Assembly: GCA_963727485.1 (NCBI GenBank)
Contig: CAVSGM010000002.1
Span: forward strand, 1,024,001-1,088,000
Reading direction: 5' to 3'
Source of the DNA: an uncultured delta proteobacterium
Lineage (GTDB): Bacteria > Myxococcota > Myxococcia > SLRQ01
DNA length: 64,000 nucleotides
A program made the position numbers and the translations under genes. Below the pieces are notes generated by a model that saw nothing but the letters and a program-made list of their open reading frames with translations, ran no database searches and had not been told where the DNA came from. Each line of letters begins with the position of its first letter. Position 1 is the first letter of the stretch. This document shows, piece by piece, positions 30,480-43,533 of the stretch.

Positions 30480-32636
30480 ATGGCGAGCCTCGACCCGGAC
30501 ATCCGAATCCTGCTCGCCGCGCCCAGCCCCCGGGTGCGGGCCGCGGTCAAGCGCGTGCTCATCGAGGCGGGGGCGCGGGTGCAGACCGTGGCCGACGGGG
30601 ACGCCGCCGCCCAGGCCTCCGTCGACGCGCCGCCGGACCTGCTCATCACCCTCCTCGACCTGCCGCACATCCGCGGCGGGGAGCTGGCCGCCATCGCCCG
30701 GGCCGCCGCGAGGACCCACCCCCTGCCGGTGGTGTGGCTGCTGCCGGCCTCGGACGCCCGGCCAGCGCCCGAGGGTCCCCTGGACGCGGTCCTGCGCCTC
30801 CCGTTCTCCGCCTCGGCCCTCACCCGGACCTGCCGCGGGCTCCTCGACGCCGCCCGGGCCGATCTCCCCCCGGCCGCCGAGGTCGAGGTGGCCCCGCCCC
30901 GGCCGGCCTGGGAGCGGCCCCTGGCCGGAGAGGTCGCCGACCCGCCGCCGCCGTCGGGCCCGGATCCCGCCGCCCGCCTCGACCTCGACTTCGACGTGGA
31001 CCTCGACACCGAGGACGCCGACGACGCCGACGACGCCGGGGACGACGACGAGATGGAGGTGGTGGAGATCGCCGCCGAGCGCATCGAGCTCCCCCCGGCC
31101 CCGGGATCGGTGGTCGCCGAGGGGCGGCTGGCCGCCGAGCCCCTGGGGCGCCTGCTCGTCGGCGCCATGGAGACCGCCTTCTCCGGGGTGCTGGTGATCG
31201 AGCGGGAGGAGGTGGAGAAGCGCATCCACCTGCGCCACGGCCGGCCGGTCTACTGCGAGTCGAACCTGGTGGTGGAGACCCTCGGGGAGTACCTGGTGCA
31301 CCAGGGCCTCCTCGACCGCGAGGCCCTGGGCCGCGCGGCGCACAAGATGATCGACGACGGCATCCCCCAGGGCGAGGCCCTGGTGGCCCTCGGGGCCATC
31401 ACCCGGGAGGAGCTCGCCGACGCCATGCACTTCCACGTGCGGGAGAAGGTGGTCAACTGCTTCGCCTGGGACGACGCCGCCTACCGCCTGGAGGTGGTGC
31501 CCGGGTCGGCCCAGATGACCCTGGCGGTGGAGATGGTGCCCCTGATGCTCGTCGCCGACGGGATCCGGCGCTTCACCTCGCCCCAGGTGTTCCTCCACTT
31601 CCTCGACGACCACATCCAGGATCACCCGGTCCCGGGCCCGGCGTTTGCCCGCCACGCCGGGGCGCTCGCCGCCCTCGCCGGGGGCCAGCGCCTCGCCCGG
31701 GCGCTCACCGGCCAGGCCACGGTCTCGGAGATCCGCGCCGAGTGCCACCTCGACGACCTCCTCTTCGCCCAGCTCCTGATGTCCCTCGACGCCTGCGGCC
31801 TGGTGGTCCTGGCGAGCGAGCCGGCGAGCACCGAGCTGCCGCTGACCGCCCGCGAGGACGAGCTCATCGGCGAGATGGAGACCCTCGCCGCCCGGCCGGT
31901 GTCCCTCGAGCTCGAGGCGCCGGAGCTCACCCCCGAGCAGGCCGCTGTCCGCGACGAGGTCCTGGAGCACTACATCGCCCTGACCCACGCCGACCCCTTC
32001 AGCCTCCTCGGCGCCGCCCCCGACACCACGGACGCCGACCTCGCCCACGCCTTCGCCGCCAAGGTGGCCCTGGTGGGCCCGGACCGCCTCGCCGGCTTCC
32101 CCGACCCCGAGGTCGCGCGGATGGGCCGGGAGGTCTACCTGCGCCTCATCGAGGCCTACGACACCCTGCGCCGCCCCGAGGCCCGGGCCCGGGTCCTCGA
32201 GCGCCTCGAGGACGCCGCCGAGAAGCGCCGCGTCCGCGAGCACTACCTCGAGGCCAACCTCCACTACCGCGCCGGCCTCACCCTCCTGGAGCGCGACCGG
32301 GCCGCCGACGCCGAGGAGGCCTTCCGGGAGGCCGGGCGCCTCAACCGCCGGGAGCCCGCCTACGCCCTCTACGCCGGCTGGGCCGGCTACCTCGCCGCCC
32401 GGGAGCTCGGGGACACCGGCGCCATGGGCCGGGGCGAGACCCAGGTCCGCCGGGCCCTGGAGGTCCTGCCGATCCTCGAGGACGGCTACGTGTTCCTGGC
32501 GCACATCGCCCGGGACCGGGGCGACGACGGCGCCGCCCGGGAGCTCGCCGAGCGGGCGCTGGTGTTCAACCCCGGGAACCCCGAGGCCCGGTCGCTGCTC
32601 CACGGGATCGCCGCCGGGCCGGCGACGGCGGGGTAG
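30480..32636 (+). CDS. Multidomain protein: pseudo-receiver, acidic linker, DUF4388-like, J-like domain, TPR
   Basis: REC-like N-terminus without a phospho-Asp; FSGVLVIERE..KRIHLRHGRPV; DPFSLLG...GPD...LIEAYDTL; helical TPR-like C-terminus. Confidence 0.75.
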   Translation: MASLDPDIRILLAAPSPRVRAAVKRVLIEAGARVQTVADGDAAAQASVDAPPDLLITLLDLPHIRGGELAAIARAAARTHPLPVVWLLPASDARPAPEGPLDAVLRLPFSASALTRTCRGLLDAARADLPPAAEVEVAPPRPAWERPLAGEVADPPPPSGPDPAARLDLDFDVDLDTEDADDADDAGDDDEMEVVEIAAERIELPPAPGSVVAEGRLAAEPLGRLLVGAMETAFSGVLVIEREEVEKRIHLRHGRPVYCESNLVVETLGEYLVHQGLLDREALGRAAHKMIDDGIPQGEALVALGAITREELADAMHFHVREKVVNCFAWDDAAYRLEVVPGSAQMTLAVEMVPLMLVADGIRRFTSPQVFLHFLDDHIQDHPVPGPAFARHAGALAALAGGQRLARALTGQATVSEIRAECHLDDLLFAQLLMSLDACGLVVLASEPASTELPLTAREDELIGEMETLAARPVSLELEAPELTPEQAAVRDEVLEHYIALTHADPFSLLGAAPDTTDADLAHAFAAKVALVGPDRLAGFPDPEVARMGREVYLRLIEAYDTLRRPEARARVLERLEDAAEKRRVREHYLEANLHYRAGLTLLERDRAADAEEAFREAGRLNRREPAYALYAGWAGYLAARELGDTGAMGRGETQVRRALEVLPILEDGYVFLAHIARDRGDDGAARELAERALVFNPGNPEARSLLHGIAAGPATAG

Positions 32637-32646
32637 GCGGGTACGG

Positions 32647-32680
32647 TTGACACCTACATACCCCCCCCAGGTAGCGTCAA
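32647..32680 (+). promoter_or_regulatory. Putative sigma70 promoter with a C8 tract in the spacer and a flanking inverted repeat
   Basis: TTGACA (32647-52), 19-nt spacer containing CCCCCCCC (32661-68), TAGCGT (32672-77); TTGAC...GTCAA dyad. Confidence 0.55.
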
Positions 32681-32728
32681 TCCCACGGGCGACACCCTAC
32701 GCCCGCCACGCACCTGGGAGGACGGCGG

Positions 32729-35700
32729 ATGGGCAGATGGGGACGGATCGTGGTCTTGGCGGTGGTCCTTGGGCTCTCCTGCACGGGACAGCGGCGTGGG
32801 CCAGGGGCCACGGGAGGGCCACTCGCGGGTGGGCTCCAGCCCGTCGCGGTGACGTCGACACCGACCGCCCCGGCCTCACCGCCACTCCTGGGGCCCACGA
32901 CCCTGGCCTGTGAGGACCTCCCCGTCGACGCCTTCCTCGACGACGCCTACCGAGCGCTTGTTGGTGGCGACCCCCAGACCGCTACGGACGAGGAGCGGGA
33001 CGAGGCCCTCTTCGAGGCTCAGGGCCTGGGGACCGCGGCGCCAGGCATTGCCAACCTCGACGCCGCCCTGCGCAACGGCACCCTGGACGCCACCGCCTGG
33101 CCGTCGTTGGCCAGCCTGGCACCGGCCGACGCCGAGCTGACCATCGCGGTGAGCCTGGTTGCCGTCAATCCCGACTTCCCGGTGCGCTGTGAGTACCTCC
33201 GCACCTTCACCCAGGGCCCCGCACGGAGCGTGACGACCCTGGCTCTCCTGGTGAACGCCAGCCACGGACGGCCAATCGCCGACGGAGACGTGCTCGCCCA
33301 GCCCTTCGTTCGCAAGGGGCTGATCTGGGAGATCGCGTCGGCCCGGGACAAGGTCCTGGGGCTGGCGCCCCCGGGGGGCCGAGATGGGGTCGACGCCACG
33401 CCGTCGACGATCATCGCCTCGCCTCTCGTCCAGCTTCTGGCGGCATTCCGCGGTGCGCACCGTGCCTTCGTGGACGTATGGGGAGGGGACCGCTGCGATG
33501 ACGGGGACGCTGGGGGCGACACCAGCGGCTCGCGCGGTGGAGGACAAGGTGAAGGCCCGGCCGGGCACGATCAGCGTGGTCACGAGGGTCACTGTCACTG
33601 CAGCGGCGGGCGTTCGAAGCGCCTCTGGGCGTACCGGCCCTTTGGGCACCCGGAGGCCCCGTTCGACCTCCTCCTGGCCCTCCTGGGGCGGCCACCGGAT
33701 GGGTACGGCGTCATTGGTTCGGAAGGTGGCGTCATCGAGGGCACGGGCCCGCTCGCCGGCTTCTCTCTCACCGTGCCGGCCGGGTCCCTCGCCTCGGACG
33801 TGGCGATCACGGTGTCGGCAACGTCGGAGGCCCCGAGCCAGTCCTCGGGCTGGGTGGCCGTGGGCCCCGCGGTGCAGCTCGTGCCCGACGGCCTGTCCTT
33901 TCCCCAGCCCGCCACGCTGGCGCTTCCGTACCATCACAGCCTCGTACGCGCACTCCTCTCGACCCGATCGACCGTGCAGCTGACGACCTTCGACCCGTCG
34001 TCGAGTGACTGGACGGTGCTCCAGGCAACGGCGGACGACGAGGTGGTGACGGGACGCATCGCGCACCAGTCCCTGTACCAGGCGGCGTTGGACGCGCCAC
34101 CGGACCTCGAGGTGTCGACCCTGGCGGGCACGGATCCCCCAGGTGCCCACGCGACCGCACCAGCGTCGTCGAAGCCGTACGAGGCGTTCTTCGTGTCGGG
34201 CCGCAGCGGAGACAAGAACGTCTACCTCGATGCCGACGTCTACGGAGCAGACGTCGCGGTGCCCTTGGCCACGGACCCCGAGGTCGAGCCCTCGGCGGTC
34301 CTCGTCCCAGGTGGACAGCCGGGGGGGAGCACGCTGATCTACGGCGGTACGGTAACGAACGCAGACGGGTCGATGGAAGGCCGGGTCGTCTCCTGGGCCC
34401 CGGACGCCACGGGCAACTATGTTGCCGGCCCAGACCGGCAGGTACTCGCCGGCGGGGGAGCAACCCTGGTCCCCCAGTCCGGCACGGTGCCGGGCGCCCA
34501 GGCCAGGCTCGGCCCGGTCGTGGGGCTGGCCCAGGACGCGGCGGGGAACCTCTACGTCGCCGAGTTCAGCAGCGGCGACAACCCCTTCTTCATCAACTCC
34601 AGGATCCTCAGGATCGCGCCCGGCGCGGATCACCTCGTGTCAGTGGTCGCAGGTCAAGCCAACGCGGGCTTCAACGGGGAGGGACCGGCAGCCGGCACGG
34701 CGCTGAAGCTGAACTTCGACGAAGGCGTGGGACCTTCCACGGTCCAGATGGACGGCGAGGTGCTCTTCGTCGCGGACACGGGAAACAACCGAGTGCGAGC
34801 CCTGAACGTGTCCGGCAAGCCTGTCGACCTCGGGCCCATCCATCTCGAGCCGGGGGAGATGGCGACGGTGATGGGCACTGGCCCGACCCCCTCGAACGTG
34901 GGTGAGCTCGGGGGCGAGGTGTTCCAGTGCCAGGTGGTAGGCAGCTCCGGGGGTACCGGAGGTAGCGCCCTCGCCGTGCACCTCTTTGCACCGACGAGCG
35001 TCGTCGTGGCCAAGCTGCCCACGGGCGAGGAGCTCCTCGTGGCGGATCAGTGCAACAACCGACTTCTCGTCACGCCACTGGCGGACCCCACTCTGCCAGT
35101 CGCGGTTCTCGCGGGAACCGGTGCCGCGGGTCCGCCGGCCGACGGCCAGGCGTCGAAGGCGACGTTGCCGAGACCGACGGGTCTATCCTTCAGCCCCGAC
35201 CGCGAGGTCGCCTACTTCGGTCGCTTCGTGGGGGGCCCGGGCCCGGTGCGGAAGCTCGTGCTCCACGACCGCGACCGGGACGGCGTGGGTGACTCCGTCG
35301 ACAACTGTCCGGACATCGCGAACCCGGACCAGGCCATGGTTCAGGGAAGCAACGTCGGAGAGGCCTGCGACCCGAACGACGAGGACGGCGACGGCCTGGC
35401 CACCGAGGTCGAGTACCTGCTCAAGACCGACCCCACCAACAAGGACTCGAATGGGGACGGCTACTCCGATGGAACGGAGTACGCGGGGGGTCTGGACCCC
35501 TCCGTGGGCGGTGGCGGCGACATGGATGGGGACGGGGTCTCAGATGCCGCGGAGATCTCCGCCGCCTGCCCGACGTCGCCGTCAGGTACCATCTGTGACG
35601 CGGGCCGGCTGGCGGCGCTGGACCACCTGCGCCAGAAGGTGGCTCTGTGGCATGTCAGCTACTCCTTCGCGTTCCACTACGACCGCGACGACGGGCAAGG

Positions 35701-37816
35701 GAACGCGGACCACCTGAGAGGGCTGATGGGCGGTAGCTGGGGGATGTTTCGGGCCTTGCCTGCGGCCAGCAACGGCACTTACACGCGCTGTTTCTCGGGA
35801 AGCGTGACCTCCTGCGAGGATGCAAACCCGCCAACGGCCACGGACCCTGCCCCCTGTGCGGCCGTGAGCATGGTCTCCATCCAGGATCGCCGGGATCTCG
35901 AGGCCCTGCGGTGGTTCAACGGGCCCGGCACCTGTGCCCGGCAAGGCGAGAGCGGCTGCGATGTCGAGGTCGGCCTCAAAGATCGCGGTGCCTATGTCCC
36001 CCTCCAGACTTCGGGCTCCGCGGAGTTCGTGGCGGGGCCGCCGTTTCAGGGGTACTACGACAAGGCGTCGGACTCGTACGACCTTAGCCTGCGCGGCAGC
36101 TCTCTTTTCGCCGAGGGATACGTGCTCTCGTCGAAGTCAGTCCAGGTGCCCATGGTCACCTTTGCCACCCCGGATGGAAGCCAGTCGGAGCCGTGGGTCT
36201 CCTACGTGGGCCTGACCGCGCCACGGGGTGACAAGCTGGACGGCGCCGGCCTGCTCGACTGCGATCAGCGGTCCATAGGCGGTGTTCAGCTGCCTCCGGA
36301 TCCCGTGCTGGCACGGGTGCCGCGGTCGTTCCTCGATCGAGGGAAGCCCTTCGTGGTGCCCGTAATCGCCACCGCCGCCAACCACGACTGCAGCGGCGCC
36401 GACACCACGGGCAATGGCGGCAACCTGACGCTGGTGGGCGGTCTCATCTTCGAGCCCGTAGCCGTGACGCATCCCGAGGACATCGAGCAGCGCACCCACC
36501 GAACCGTCCAATCGCAGTTCGTCTACGGCACCGGCTCGCCCGGAAAGCTCGCCATCAAGTACACCTTGGGCGTTCCCGCCGACGCCACCGGCGTGGCGAG
36601 CTACCTGGCGGACTCGACCGCCCCGCACCTCAAGTGGACCACACCCGCGATCGGCAAGCCGACCGACTGCGGGGCGACGGGCTACTCGCCAGGGGACGTC
36701 AACGTCTGCTGGGGGCCAGGCGACCAGGCATCTGGGGCCCCTCGCATGGAGGCCAACGCGCTGGCACCCACGGTGACCTACGAGCACCTCCCGACGCTGA
36801 ACTCGGACTTCGGGTGCAAGACCGTCACGGTCGAGGCTTAGGACTCGGTGGATGGAAGCTGGAACACCATCGGGGCCGTCGGCTATGAGGTCTTCTTTCC
36901 CCGGCAAGGGCGGAACCATCCACCCAAGGATCACAAGTGGCCTGGCGGGTTGGGCAGCCCAACCGGCCCATCACTGTCGGAGCCGAACTGGCTGTACTAC
37001 TGGGCGAAAGCAGTGCCGGTCGCCCCTGGGACATCCCTGTCCACCCAACTCTACTACTACCACAGCGGCTCCAACCTCAAGCCGGGAATCGGTGTCGGAG
37101 AAAGCCCGGAGATCTCTCGATGGGGTGCTTATAGCGGTGCGCCTTCCGCTGTTGTCTTCTGGGATTCCGACTCCGAACCGATTCCAGACCAGAGCCCGGG
37201 AACGCCCGATTCACCGATGGTTCGCACAGGCTTCGTGGGCATTCGCTACCTTGCGAGCATGGCACTGCACGAGCATACGCACACGCAGCAGGTCTCATGC
37301 TTCAACGAGTGTGGGACCGTGGCTGGAAAGCCGTTCTTTGATCCAAGCCCGCTCGCGCAGGCGGCAGGGACGGGATGGAGCTTCAACAAGGGCCAAACGG
37401 ATCAAAGCTGGAATCATTTCTGGGACAACGCATCCACAAGTGGGACCGCCATCGAGGATCGCGACGGCGACGACATGTGCGACCAGGCGGTGACCGGGAG
37501 CAGCGTGTACACCACCAACTTCTGCGAAGACCCGAATCATCCGCTGCCGGCATGTACTGTCGTGCCCCCTGGTATCCAGGGCACGGGTGGCTTGACGGTC
37601 TGCGACCTACAACCCGCACAGCCCGCGCCAAGGGGCTACCCACAGCTCGAACAGACCCCCAGGAACATGGAGACCTACGCCGACCCCGCGGGTGAGCAGG
37701 ATTTGTACCGGCTGGATTGGGCGAGCCCAGGGATGCAACACCTCGATGACGGCGACATCCCGGCCACGAGCAATCAGATCCAGGAAGAAGAGGAGATCGT
37801 CCGTGACAGCGACTAG
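32729..37816 (+). CDS. Giant secreted protein: ZU5-like, NHL propeller, TSP3 Ca-binding repeats, Cys-rich region and C-terminal HExxH domain; one in-frame TAG at 36839-36841
   Basis: ORFs 32729..36841 and 36848..37816 are in the same frame, separated by TAG-GAC-TCG. Signal peptide with Cys; IGSEGG..LTVPAGSL..PDGLSF..HQS; GNLYVAE/VADTGNNRVR; DGVGDSVDNCP; LHEHTH. Confidence 0.75.
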
Positions 37817-38739
37817 GCTGGTATCCGCGTCGATTCTCGTAGCCCTGCTCGCATGGGGGGCCCCAACGCCGGCGCAGCCCCAGGACACCCTGGAGCTGTC
37901 AGGTCATGGCCTGACCTGCATCGATGACGCAGCAGGCTGGTACGTCGCGCGGGTGGTCCGGCTGGATCATCGCGGTCGATTCGACCTCCAGGTGGTCACC
38001 ACCGTTCATGGCCGGCCCCAGCGAGTGATCGACCTGAAGTCGCACCTGTCGAGCGCCCAGTGGCATCAGCTGCGCAGCGTGCATGAGGGTCAGCGAGCGG
38101 TCGTCAGGATGCCGTACTACGTCGCCTCCGGCGAAGGTGAGCTCGGAGGGTGTCGGTCCTTCTTCTTCGAGGGTGGTACCTCCTCGGACCTCCGCGCGTT
38201 TCCGGTCGGTCAGCGATTCAAGCGGAGAGCGTCCGATGACGATTTTCACGTTCGTCTCGCGTACCTGCAGACCTACTTCGCCGCCCGGTCGGATCCGAGC
38301 GCCAAGAGGCTGGCGGCCGATTCTCGAATCTGGGGAGATACCGGTCGAGCTCGCTGCCGCCGACGTCCTCGGCCAGGCGACGAGAGCGTCCGGCGAGGCG
38401 TGGGACACGGTTGGTCCGCCTCTCAGCAAGCTCGTGTCCCATCCCCCCGACAGCGCCGACCTGCACCGGTGGTCTGCCATCGGGCAGGAGCTCGGACGAG
38501 CGCTGCGGGGGTCCATCTCCGCCCACGGGGCCAACACCCGTTCTCGTCCTGCGTGGTGGAAGGACGCCGAACGGTCCCTGATGGACTGGACGAAGGGGTT
38601 CCCGCCTGCCTACGGCTTTGCCGCTGCGGCGCTGCGCCGGGCCGGGTTCCGGTTGGACAAGGGGCGACCTGATCGGACGCAGTTGAACGCGGTCCGCATC
38701 AAGCTCGGGATGCCGGCCCTGCCGGTGAAGCGACCCTAG
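37803..38739 (+). CDS. Secreted hypothetical protein, candidate immunity protein (frameshift near 38315)
   Basis: GTG after GAGGAG overlaps the upstream stop; signal peptide [19 protein letters not shown]; the helical C-terminal half continues in the 38083..38739 frame. Confidence 0.6.
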
Positions 38740-39386
38740 ACCCCGAGGCCCACCGGGCACACCACGCCCGTGCCCCCATGGCCGCAGTAGCCGTTGGGGT
38801 TCTTCGCCAGGTACTGCTGGTGGTAGTCCTCGGCGAAGTAGAAGGGCCCGGCGTCGGCGATCTCGGTGGTGACCGCCCCGCCGTGCCCCGCCTCGGCGAG
38901 GGCCTTGCCGTAGGCGGCCTTCACGGCCTCGGCGGTGGCGCGCTGGGCGTCGCTCTGCAGCAGGATCACCGAGCGGTACTGGCTGCCCACGTCGTTGCCC
39001 TGGCGCATCCCCTGGGTGGGGTCGTGGGCCTCGAAGAAGGCCTTGAGGATGGCCTCGTAGCTGGTCTGGCTCGGATCGAAGACCACCCGGACCACCTCGG
39101 CGTGGCCGGTCTGCCCGGTGCAGACCTCGGTGTAGCTGGGGTTCGGGGTGAAGCCCCCGGCGTAGCCCACCGCGGTGACGAAGACGCCGGGGAGCGACCA
39201 GAAGGCCTTCTCGGCGCCCCAGAAGCACCCGAGGCCCACCTCGGCGACCTCGAGGCCCTCGGGGTAGGGGCCGTCGAGCTTCCGGCCGCTCACCGCGTGG
39301 GTCTAGGGCACGGGCATGGGGGTCTCCCGGCCGCGCAGGGCGGTCTCGGGGGTGGGCAGGGCGGTCTTGGGGCCGAGTCCGAACAT
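38736..39386 (-). CDS. msrA: Peptide methionine sulfoxide reductase A (in-frame TAG at 39303-39305)
   Basis: [40 protein letters not shown]; the E. coli-type N-terminal arm ([13 protein letters not shown]) is in frame across the TAG. Confidence 0.93.
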
Positions 39387-39466
39387 GGGGCGATATTGGG
39401 CCCCGGGGCCGCCCCCGTCGAGGCGCCTTCGCCGCCGGGCCCACATTGTGGTACGCAGACCCTCCC

Positions 39467-42307
<2,841 letters not shown>

Positions 42308-42311
<4 letters not shown>

Positions 42312-42901
42312 TCTCGCGGGACCTCCTGCGCCGCTTCGCCGTGGTCCTCTCGGTGGCGGCGGTGGTCACCACCACCGACCAGCTGACCAAGTTCCAGGTG
42401 GTCCAGAACCTCACGGTCCTCTTCCCCTGGGCCGGGGCGGTCACCCCCGCCGAGCGCTTCCACCTCTTCTACACCGAGCAGGGCGTGGAGCACCTGGCGC
42501 GGCCGGCGGTCACGGTGATCCCCGGCCTCTTCGACCTGCACTACATCGAGAACCCCGGCGCCGCCTTCAACGTCCTGGAGCGGGCCAACCCGGGCTTCCG
42601 CCTGGCCTTCTTCGGGCTGGTGACCCTGCTGGCGGTGGCCTTCATCGGGGTGATGGCCTCGCGCTTCACCCTGGCGCAGTGGCCGGCGCTCCTCGCCCTC
42701 GGCGGGGTCCTCGGCGGGGCCCTGGGCAATTTCATCGACCGGATCACGCGGGGTTACGTGATCGACTTCGTCGACTGGCACCTCGGGGCCAATCCGAGGC
42801 TACACTTCCCCACCTTCAATGTGGCAGACATGGGCATCAGCGTCGGGGCGCTGGTGTTGCTCTTCCAGGTCACCCGTGAGGCCCTCCGCCGTGACGCGTA
42901 G
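42308..42901 (+). CDS. lspA: Lipoprotein signal peptidase II, copy 1
   Basis: [34 protein letters not shown] overlap with the ileS stop. Confidence 0.92.
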
Positions 42902-43529
42902 CCGCTCCATGATCTTCGTCCTCGTCCTGGGCCTCGCCTGGGCGGTGCTCGACCAGGTCACCAAGTACCTGGTCGTGGGCCACCTCACCGCCCTCTTCCC
43001 GGCGGACGCGGGCCTGCTCCACCGCATCTCCCTGTTCTACGGGACCGACGGGCTCTACCAGCTGGCGAAGGCCCCGGTGCACATCCTCCCGCCGGTGTGG
43101 GACCACCTCTACGTCCAGAACCCCGCCGGGGCCTTCGGCCTGCTCACCAGCGCCCCCCTGGCGGTGCGCCGGGGCATCCTCTCGGCGGTGGCCCTCATCG
43201 CCTCGGTGGGCATCCTGTGGATGGCCCGCCGCGCCGCCGGCGAGGGCAAGCTCCTCACCCGCGCCGCCCTGGGCCTGGTCCTGGGCGGGGCGCTGGGCAA
43301 CCTCACCGACCGCATCATCCACGGCTACGTCATCGACTTCATCGACTGGCACCTGGCCGGGTACCACTGGCCGGCGTTCAACGTCGCCGACGTGGGCATC
43401 GTGGTCGGCGTGTTCAGCCTGCTCCTCCTCCTCAACCGCCGCCCGGCCGAGACCGGCGACGCCGACGAGACCGGGACGCAGTCCCCCGACGACGCCGCCC
43501 CGGTCGCCCCCCACCGCTCGGAGGCGTGA
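42891..43529 (+). CDS. lspA: Lipoprotein signal peptidase II, copy 2
   Basis: DQVTK, NPAGAFG, GGALGNLTDR, VIDFID, FNVAD. Confidence 0.92.
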   Translation: MTRSRSMIFVLVLGLAWAVLDQVTKYLVVGHLTALFPADAGLLHRISLFYGTDGLYQLAKAPVHILPPVWDHLYVQNPAGAFGLLTSAPLAVRRGILSAVALIASVGILWMARRAAGEGKLLTRAALGLVLGGALGNLTDRIIHGYVIDFIDWHLAGYHWPAFNVADVGIVVGVFSLLLLLNRRPAETGDADETGTQSPDDAAPVAPHRSEA

Positions 43530-43533
43530 GCCC

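Noticed and set aside
32637..38739. Island as a prophage, IS or integrative element
   Set aside because: No integrase, transposase, tRNA target or flanking direct repeats were recognised; only the compositional shift supports foreign origin.
36839..39305. Genome-wide TAG reassignment
   Set aside because: TAG is the evident stop of many conserved genes here (sdhA, sdhB, M16 protease, tldD, msrA, the sigma54 activator).
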